DNA of 64,000 nucleotides from a virus: positions 42,524-106,523 of IMG/VR virus record IMGVR_UViG_3300030117_005808; one strand, 5' to 3'. Both the position numbers and the translations under genes were made by a program. The notes beneath the pieces are model-generated. The model did no database searches and was not told the DNA's origin. It worked only from the letters and a program-made list of their open reading frames with translations. Below are positions 57,063 through 64,000 of the stretch, piece after piece; positions within the stretch are counted from its first letter, which is position 1, and every line of letters starts with the position of its first letter.

Positions 57063-60000
57063 ATGGCTGACAATTTAACGCAAGGCGAACAAGAGGCTCG
57101 CCAGAATGCGATTAATAATATTAACGACACACTGTCCGATATAAATGATGCACAGATCCAAGCATTAGCTGATATATATGGGATTGAGGTTGAAAGCACA
57201 AGCGGAGATTTCATATCTTTAAGCAACACCGGTGCAAATATTGGTGGAATTCAGGCAGAGATTGGCAGTTTTAGGAAGGGAAAAAGTTTAGCAGAGTGGG
57301 CTGAACTGGGCGACGGTGGAAAAGAGAAATGGATCACAAATTATTATAAACAGGGGCGCGGCCGCGCAGGTGAAGCTAGAGGAATAGACGAAGGTCAAAT
57401 ATTTGCGAATACCACACAACAGTTAGCTGCGGTTGTCCAAGCATGCAAAGAAGATCCTCCTGCACCCGGATCTGATAGAGCAGAACAATGTCGAATAGCC
57501 AACGAAACACTTCAAGCGAGTGTCGAAAAAGTAAATGAGGCATATGCAGATGCCGAAGGAGAGGGAGTTGATACTTCTGCTCTCCCTATCGGCGGACAAA
57601 CAACTATACAGCCTATTCTTGCAGCAAAAGCCGATGGACAGAATACTGATTCAGCGATCGCGGACGTAAACACAGATACTAATCAAGACCAACAAGACCG
57701 CGCCGAACGTGCTTTAGTTATTAGGGACGCTGTTAACTGTTGGCTTTTATATAATATGGAGGCTTTTGCAGAGTGGCACAAGAACAATATATCTGTTAAC
57801 GAAAAAGGTGATATAGATTCCCCCGGATTCATTGGAGTTAGGATGGACCCGGCAACACATGATCAAAGAATTATGTTAACAAATGAAGAAACACCCGGCA
57901 CAACTCTAGCAAGCAGGTTCCACTCTAGAAAAGGGTCTCTTAATTTTGTTGATATTGAGCCCCACCAATATGCTGATTTAATGCCAATGTTGCGGATATT
58001 CAAAGTATACTTGGAGGAAGACAACTCAAGAACGACAGTTGAGATGGATTTTAGCAACCAAAGCTCATTGGATGGCATCGCGAGACAACTTGTATCTTCA
58101 AGCCCTTATGGGATTAAACAATCTCTTTATACCAGAGGGTCAGAGGTTGGAGTTAAGTCTTTTGAGTGGCAAATTCTTGGCACTGACCCATTCACAGCCA
58201 CTAAAGATGTTGAGGCAACTCTAACACTCACAGCACAAAACTTTGCCGCATTATCAAAAGTTCGTAAAGGCCGAACAAATAGTGCCAACCCTGTCACGTC
58301 TAGAGAGTATGATTATCGTTATCTTGACTTGTGTGTTATACCAGACTGCGAAGATGATTATTCTCCAACATGCTTTGAGGTAAGGGTTGATGTTGGGTAT
58401 GCAACCAATCCTGATTTTCCAAACATTGCCTCGCAAAAAGACATTCTTTATTTAACGCTCGTCGATCATGGCTTCACTATTAATGATGATGGTACACTTG
58501 ATTTAACTATTAGCTACAGAGGCCGACTCGGCGGGCTAATGAAGAGCAGAAAAATGAATATTTTACTACCCGCCGGCGGTACAATGGCCAACGAATTTAG
58601 GTTTAGGGTCGAGGGTTTTGGTCTTTTATCAGCGCAAGAGTGCGAAGATAAATTAAAAAATTTAAGTAACAAAAGAAGACAAACCGAAAGAGATAAAACT
58701 CAAATTAAAAATCTTGAAAAAGGCCTGTCAGATTTTTCTACTAAGTACAAACAATTGATTCATGGTGGAATTTTAGATAGGCTTCTAAAAGCTGGGAAAC
58801 TACACTTTTATAATGTGCCGGATGGTGAACTCACACAATTCAGAGAATTTATATCAGAATTAGAGAAGCCACCAAAGCTCCCAAAGCCCGCCACTTATGC
58901 GACACTTCAGAGTGGCATTAGGACCGCCTCGGGCGCGTCTTTCACAGGCGCCGAATCATCATTCGCAACCTTTGATGCAACCACCGCCGAAGAAGCTGAG
59001 GACGCTGTGGAGGAGGTCATTACTAGGCTAAACCGAACTAATCTCGCGAACCCTAATCAGGCTAGATTTTTTTTCTTAGGAGACCTATTAGGCATAGTTT
59101 TAGATCATGTAGTCGGTGCCAATACCATTGTTGGAGATATTGAAAGGAGAAAGCTACTAAAACTTATTAACGTTGGGACCGCGACAACCTCAAAAAATGT
59201 AACTGAAGTTAGAAAAGATTTAAATAAGCTTAGGATAATTATGGGCAATATGGATATAGATTCCAACAGAAGCCCTGCTGCTGTCGGTGTGAGCAAAGTA
59301 AACTTAGCACACATACCGATTTCTCTTGACCAATACAGTTCTTTTTTTCTAAATTCGGTACTCGCCAAAGAACGCACTAATTATCCTTTTTTTGATTTTG
59401 TTGATGATATTTTGTCTGAATTGATAATGGACCCTGCTACCAACGCTTGTTTCGGTGGCTTGTTTAATTTAAACTTTAACCCAAGAGTTCAAAAATACAC
59501 AGTCCCAAATGTGATTAATATGGAGGAACGCTATAGCAATTTTATTACTAACGGCGCGTTTGGATCAGGCTTATCTCGGTATAAGGCATTAAACTTTACC
59601 GACGTAGGACCAAACAATCCTTTGTTCGAGTATGGAGCAGAGTCAACCTCGATAGATAAATTACACGAATATTTGATAATCTCGGCAGAGGCTACAAACT
59701 TTGACGAACTAGAGGGTGACCCAGTTGCAGATCGATCCCAAGGCATTTTTCATCTTTATTTTGGTAATCATCGTGGGTTGGTAAAGAAAATTACTTTTAA
59801 CAGAACAGACCAAGAGTACCTGCCAGAGGCTCGTTATGCGGAAGAGGGCAATTTTATATTTAATCAGTTAGCAAATGTCTATGATGTAAACATTGAAATG
59901 CTTGGTAATAACTTGTTTAAGCCGGGACAATATGTTTACATTGATACAAGCCTTATTGGTGCCGGCGAGTCGTGGGAGCTAAAACAAAATGCAAAAGGTG

Positions 60001-60185
60001 ATGTGATTCACCGATCTTGGGCTAACCTTATGGGGCTTGGTGGGTACCATTTAGTAACTGAAATAGCACATTCTATATCAAACGATGGTTTTAACACTTC
60101 AATCAAGGCCCGGTGGGTTTCGTCTGGTCAACGTGGTGAGGATGAGCCCACAGGCTTAGTCTTTGATGATGAAGAATCCGACTAG
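57063..60185 (+). CDS. Baseplate hub protein (gp27 / P2 GpD-like), enlarged
   Basis: C-terminal IEMLGNNLFKPGQYVYID...GYHLVTEIAHSISNDGFNTSIKA; synteny after the LysM gene. Confidence 0.65.
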   Translation: MADNLTQGEQEARQNAINNINDTLSDINDAQIQALADIYGIEVESTSGDFISLSNTGANIGGIQAEIGSFRKGKSLAEWAELGDGGKEKWITNYYKQGRGRAGEARGIDEGQIFANTTQQLAAVVQACKEDPPAPGSDRAEQCRIANETLQASVEKVNEAYADAEGEGVDTSALPIGGQTTIQPILAAKADGQNTDSAIADVNTDTNQDQQDRAERALVIRDAVNCWLLYNMEAFAEWHKNNISVNEKGDIDSPGFIGVRMDPATHDQRIMLTNEETPGTTLASRFHSRKGSLNFVDIEPHQYADLMPMLRIFKVYLEEDNSRTTVEMDFSNQSSLDGIARQLVSSSPYGIKQSLYTRGSEVGVKSFEWQILGTDPFTATKDVEATLTLTAQNFAALSKVRKGRTNSANPVTSREYDYRYLDLCVIPDCEDDYSPTCFEVRVDVGYATNPDFPNIASQKDILYLTLVDHGFTINDDGTLDLTISYRGRLGGLMKSRKMNILLPAGGTMANEFRFRVEGFGLLSAQECEDKLKNLSNKRRQTERDKTQIKNLEKGLSDFSTKYKQLIHGGILDRLLKAGKLHFYNVPDGELTQFREFISELEKPPKLPKPATYATLQSGIRTASGASFTGAESSFATFDATTAEEAEDAVEEVITRLNRTNLANPNQARFFFLGDLLGIVLDHVVGANTIVGDIERRKLLKLINVGTATTSKNVTEVRKDLNKLRIIMGNMDIDSNRSPAAVGVSKVNLAHIPISLDQYSSFFLNSVLAKERTNYPFFDFVDDILSELIMDPATNACFGGLFNLNFNPRVQKYTVPNVINMEERYSNFITNGAFGSGLSRYKALNFTDVGPNNPLFEYGAESTSIDKLHEYLIISAEATNFDELEGDPVADRSQGIFHLYFGNHRGLVKKITFNRTDQEYLPEARYAEEGNFIFNQLANVYDVNIEMLGNNLFKPGQYVYIDTSLIGAGESWELKQNAKGDVIHRSWANLMGLGGYHLVTEIAHSISNDGFNTSIKARWVSSGQRGEDEPTGLVFDDEESD

Positions 60186-60199
60186 GATCTATTTATATT

Positions 60200-61537
60200 A
60201 TGGCAATAACAATATCAGGAAATAATAATCTAGGCGCCAGAGACATGTACCTTCAAAGGAGCATGTACAATGGATATATTCTAACAGCACTTAATAAGGT
60301 CAACTCCCCGCAGATAGAAACAATACAAATAAAAGACTTCCTTAAGGATGAGAAGTTGTTAATTGGTCGAGTTGATCCGTTTGGTAACCCAATTTTGATT
60401 GATAGGAATTATTTAAAAAGCTTCTCGTCAGGCGTCGGAGGCTCACAAGTAACAGCAGTGAACTTTGTCATCGACGCTTTTCAGGACATGCAGAACAAGT
60501 TTCAAAATGCTCTTCGTCTTGGAAAAGTTGATAATGACTCACAAGCACTGGGCGAACTTTCGGCTAAAAAAGGTTACAATGATCCATCGGATGGCTATTT
60601 TAAGCATCGGCAAAGACTTACCAAGATATTCAGAAGATACATACTTGGATCAGGTAAAATAGACGAAATAAGAGATTTTGAAACATTCGTTCCTATATTT
60701 TTAGATTTTGTGACTCAGATGACACCAAGGAATCCAATCACAGAGACGATGTATATATTAACAAGTAAAAGTTCTGTTTTGGATTCTGGCTTGGCAATAG
60801 AGATTTATGAAGGTGATTATGGCGATGATGTACTCAAGTATGATTTGTTTTATGATGACATTAATTTTGAGTATTTAAAAAACTTAGCTTATGGACACGG
60901 TTTTGTTATTGATAAACACATTCCGTGGAGACTTGTAGCCGATTTAAACTCCCCACAAATGGCTCCGTATATAGAGAATGCACTTACAGTACCGGGCGCC
61001 AAGGCTGGTTTTGTTTTGGAGGCCATGTATAATCGCCCTCATCTTGACGATATTGATAACGTAGCTGATATAATGCTAAAGATGTACAACATGGCTGCTA
61101 GACTTCGACCGCGATCGATTAAAAAAGCATCAAGTGCAACCACTTCTCTTGGATCTTCTAAAACCGTGTTTAAAAAATGCACCAGAAGTCAGTCTTTTGC
61201 GAGAAAATTGACATCTGCAAGAGAAGTAACACAACTGCCCCTATCGTATTGGATTGATAAATACGTTAAAGTCAGAAACGCTGAAACAGGACTTCGATAT
61301 GATAATGCTACTCTTGATGTTATCATTAAAAATGCAACTGATTTAGCGAATTCGCTTGACATCAGTGCGGCAGTGCGTTATACTGCTACTAAGTTCGACA
61401 ACTTTGAACACTTTAACGGCTCACTATTTCACGATGTTGTTAGGTTTGAGATGCGAGAAGATCCAAATGCGACCGGTGACTCGGTGGATGAAAGGGTGCA
61501 ACGAAGTGTTCAGGCATCAAACTTTGTGATATACTAA
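60200..61537 (+). CDS. Hypothetical protein
   Basis: 445-aa ORF; TCTATTTA variant just upstream; GFVIDKHIPWRLVADL. Confidence 0.55.
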   Translation: MAITISGNNNLGARDMYLQRSMYNGYILTALNKVNSPQIETIQIKDFLKDEKLLIGRVDPFGNPILIDRNYLKSFSSGVGGSQVTAVNFVIDAFQDMQNKFQNALRLGKVDNDSQALGELSAKKGYNDPSDGYFKHRQRLTKIFRRYILGSGKIDEIRDFETFVPIFLDFVTQMTPRNPITETMYILTSKSSVLDSGLAIEIYEGDYGDDVLKYDLFYDDINFEYLKNLAYGHGFVIDKHIPWRLVADLNSPQMAPYIENALTVPGAKAGFVLEAMYNRPHLDDIDNVADIMLKMYNMAARLRPRSIKKASSATTSLGSSKTVFKKCTRSQSFARKLTSAREVTQLPLSYWIDKYVKVRNAETGLRYDNATLDVIIKNATDLANSLDISAAVRYTATKFDNFEHFNGSLFHDVVRFEMREDPNATGDSVDERVQRSVQASNFVIY

Positions 61538-61558
61538 TTATAGGTCCGTGGGGGACGA

Positions 61559-62746
61559 ATGTATTTTCAAACGCTCGACGATAAGGGCGAATGTGTAGGA
61601 GTGTATAAAGATGGAAACCTGTATTTCGAGGACATCCCAAGTGGGTGTGCCCGGACGTGGAAATACGCCGAATATCTTGAAAAAGATGATGTGGACTACG
61701 GCAGTATTTTCTGCGGAAATCGGAGTCTTAATGACGCTTGTCCAGCTTTCCTGATCGACGATTGGGTTGCTGTTGAAGACAAGTTAAAGGCATTTTATCG
61801 CTCGTTTGTGTTGGCCAAGGTCAATATGGACGAGAATTGTTTTTTTGACCTTGTTCCAAAGCCATTTTTGCTTGAATATTGCGAAATACGCAACAAAATC
61901 ACGCAATATGTCTTTGAAAACTACGAAAAACCGCAAAACTATGACTTTATGGTCGATTTGACCAAGGTATTGGCACGCATACGACACCAAAGGCTAAACA
62001 TTGATGTATCATCCCTCTCTAATCAGGCTCATTTGGCCAAGTTTCGGAAGGCAATGAAGAAGTTTAGCCAGATTGACCCGTATTGCCGCTACAACATCAA
62101 CGGAACCAAGACAGGTCGGCTAACAACCCAGAAGAACTCGTTCCCCGTTATGACAATGGACAAAGATTTTCGCTCTATCGTCAAACCGACTAACGACTGG
62201 TTCGTGGAGCTAGATTTCAATGCCGCAGAGGTGCGAACACTTATGGCACTAGGAGGCTCTGAGGTGCCCCTAGAAGACATTCACGACTGGAATGTGCGTA
62301 ACCTATTTAACGCGCACACGACACGCGAGGAGGGCAAACAGAAGTTCTTTTCGTGGCTATACGATGAGAATAAAATCAACCCAAGACTCTCCAAGTATTA
62401 CGACCGAGATAAGGTGCGTGAAATGCACTGGGATGGGCAAGTTGTCAAGACTATGTTTGGACGAGAGATTGAAGCAGACCGCAAGCACGCCCTAAACTAC
62501 ATTATTCAGAGCACCACAGCAGATCTTGTGCTCCGTCAGGTTATCAAGGTCCACGAAATGCTCCGAGATATGAAGTCTTTCATTGCATTTACGATTCACG
62601 ACAATATAGTGCTTGACATCGTAGACGAAGAGCGTTATATTATTCCTAAGTTAATTGAAAAGTTCTCTGATACTGACCTTGGCGAATATCTCGTAAATGT
62701 CAAAGCAGGAAAGAACTTCGGTAATCTAAGGACGTTAAATCTATGA
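61559..62746 (+). CDS. Compact family A DNA polymerase-like protein
   Basis: GTKTGRL, motif A ELDFNAAEVR, motif B-like REEGKQKFFSWLY, NYIIQSTTAD, motif C TIHDNI. Confidence 0.8.
   Translation: MYFQTLDDKGECVGVYKDGNLYFEDIPSGCARTWKYAEYLEKDDVDYGSIFCGNRSLNDACPAFLIDDWVAVEDKLKAFYRSFVLAKVNMDENCFFDLVPKPFLLEYCEIRNKITQYVFENYEKPQNYDFMVDLTKVLARIRHQRLNIDVSSLSNQAHLAKFRKAMKKFSQIDPYCRYNINGTKTGRLTTQKNSFPVMTMDKDFRSIVKPTNDWFVELDFNAAEVRTLMALGGSEVPLEDIHDWNVRNLFNAHTTREEGKQKFFSWLYDENKINPRLSKYYDRDKVREMHWDGQVVKTMFGREIEADRKHALNYIIQSTTADLVLRQVIKVHEMLRDMKSFIAFTIHDNIVLDIVDEERYIIPKLIEKFSDTDLGEYLVNVKAGKNFGNLRTLNL
62613..62641 (+). promoter_or_regulatory. Sigma70-type promoter TTGACA-17-TATATT
   Basis: Within the polA-like 3' end, about 100 nt before the tubulin-like ATG. 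Confidence 0.5.
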
Positions 62747-63573
62747 ACATTATCGGTCTAGGACAAGCAGGCTGCAATATCGCGGACGCAATGGCGCAAT
62801 ACCCACAATACAACATCTACAAGATTGATGTTGGATTGGAGGGTAAGAAATGCTTGGGCATTAAGCAACAATCTGGTCCCGAAGAGTACGAGGCCAATGC
62901 ACCATCAATGAAAACTTTCTTCCGTAACATCAAGGGTGATACTCTTCTTATTGTTGGAGGTTCAGGGAGTATTTCTGCTATGTCTCTTCGTATTATGGAG
63001 ACAATCAAAGACAAATGCAAGATAGATTTGCTTTATATCAAACCAGATGGAAGCCTCTTGACTGGAAAGCGCCAGATGCACGAAAAAGTAACATATAATG
63101 TGTTGCAAAACTATGCCCGTTCTGGTGCCATCAGCCGGATGTATCTTATTTCAAACTCACAGTTGGAGAACATCCTCGGTGATGTGCCGATTATGGGCTA
63201 CTTTGATAAGTTGAACGAACTCATTGTTTCAACGATACATATGATTAACGTTTTTAAGAATTCTACCCCTGTTCTTGGTGGGCTCCGTGAGCCTGCTGAG
63301 ACACGACGGATTTGCACAGTTGGAATCTACGATATGGAAAAAGATGAAGAAAAGTTGTTTTTTTCGCTTGACACCATCCGTGAGACGTGCTATATTTATA
63401 GTGTTGGGGAAAGAAGACTGCGCGAAGATGGATCTCTTCACAAGACCATCATTTCGCAGATGAAGGGCAAGACAAATGATGAGACACCAAATGTCTCGTT
63501 TGGCGTCTTTCCTACCAACTACGAGACGGATTATGGGTATGTCATTGCTTATAGTCCCAATATACAAAACTAG
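62743..63573 (+). CDS. Tubulin/FtsZ-family (PhuZ/TubZ-like) protein
   Basis: N-terminal IIGLGQAGCNIAD T1 loop; degenerate signature VGGSGSIS; LISNSQL and KLNELI positioned like T6/H7. Confidence 0.65.
   Translation: MNIIGLGQAGCNIADAMAQYPQYNIYKIDVGLEGKKCLGIKQQSGPEEYEANAPSMKTFFRNIKGDTLLIVGGSGSISAMSLRIMETIKDKCKIDLLYIKPDGSLLTGKRQMHEKVTYNVLQNYARSGAISRMYLISNSQLENILGDVPIMGYFDKLNELIVSTIHMINVFKNSTPVLGGLREPAETRRICTVGIYDMEKDEEKLFFSLDTIRETCYIYSVGERRLREDGSLHKTIISQMKGKTNDETPNVSFGVFPTNYETDYGYVIAYSPNIQN
63368..63396 (+). promoter_or_regulatory. Sigma70-type promoter TTGACA-17-TGnTATATT
   Basis: Within the tubulin-like gene, upstream of the SSB gene. Confidence 0.55.
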
Positions 63574-63621
63574 TAGAACGGAAAATTTGCTGTTCTAACT
63601 TTATTAAGGAGAAAAAACAAA

Positions 63622-64000
63622 ATGGCTATTGATCTAAACAAGATGCGTGCAAAACTGACTGCACTTCAAAACCGAGGCGAAAAGAAGGATTCTGCTTTCT
63701 GGCGTCCAGAGGATGGCGAACAAACGATTCGTATCGTCCCGACTGCTGATGGCGACCCCTTCAAGGAGTATTGGTTCCACTACAACTTGGGTAAGAACCC
63801 CGGTTTCCTGTCCCCGAAGCGTAACTTCGGTATTGACGACCCGCTGAACGATTTCGTTCGTCAGTTGTTCAAGGATGGAACAGAGGATTCTATCAAGATG
63901 GCGAAGAACCTTATGGCTCGTCAACGTTTCTTTGCTCCCGTGTTGGTTCGCGGTGAGGAAGAGAAGGGAGTCCGTATCTGGGGCTTTGGTAAGATGGCGT
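63622..64000 (+). CDS. Single-stranded DNA-binding protein (T4 gp32-like), truncated by window end (not in ORF track)
   Basis: AAGGAG SD; MAIDLNKMRAKLTALQ...FWRPEDGEQTIRIVP..DPFKEYWFHY...VLVRGEEEKGVRIWGFGK. Confidence 0.75.
   Translation, partial: MAIDLNKMRAKLTALQNRGEKKDSAFWRPEDGEQTIRIVPTADGDPFKEYWFHYNLGKNPGFLSPKRNFGIDDPLNDFVRQLFKDGTEDSIKMAKNLMARQRFFAPVLVRGEEEKGVRIWGFGKMA

Noticed and set aside
46965-60185. Bacterial eCIS, tailocin or T6SS locus
   Set aside because: Terminase, portal, protease, capsid and replication genes are contiguous, so this is a phage
63634-63924. Minus-strand 96-aa track ORF
   Set aside because: Antisense to the gp32-like gene, which the track missed because it runs off the window end
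1-64000. Stop-codon reassignment, introns/inteins, tRNA genes
   Set aside because: Core genes are full length in code 11 and end in TAA, TAG or TGA; no intein or homing-endonuclease motifs or tRNA cloverleaf noticed by eye (tRNAscan not run)

Overview
The whole window is a contiguous piece of a large, apparently uncultured T4-like myovirus (Caudoviricetes) genome. Genes are densely packed, all credible ones lie on the + strand, and they use the standard genetic code. Gene order is: baseplate/fibre genes (gp25-like, gp6-like, a 3185-aa gp7-like wedge protein, split tail-collar-like proteins); RuvC; primase; a tandem array of six small ORFs sharing an N-terminal MK(I/T)TK/RxxL(K/R)QII(K/R)EE leader; a single-ORF Mre11-Rad50 (gp47+gp46) fusion; a holin/spanin-like cassette; terminase; portal; prohead protease; ribosomal protein bS21; scaffold; major capsid protein; neck; sheath; two tube paralogues; chaperones; tape measure; baseplate hub; a minimal family-A polymerase; a tubulin/FtsZ-like protein; and a truncated gp32-like SSB. 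Two promoter classes are visible: canonical sigma70 TTGACA-N16-18-TAnAnT sites before DNA-metabolism genes, and a recurrent ACTATTTA motif before virion genes. The best candidate for an undescribed system is the leader-tagged cassette array (25.6-28.6 kb). It looks like a capsid-targeting plus gp21-processing system that packages variable cargo, one member of which appears to be a modular polyprotein. Other notable points are a shared C-terminal GGGY tag, a possible chaperone frameshift, two small ORFs missing from the ORF track, and a leaderless ruvC. All product calls come from motif recognition by eye; no database searches were run.
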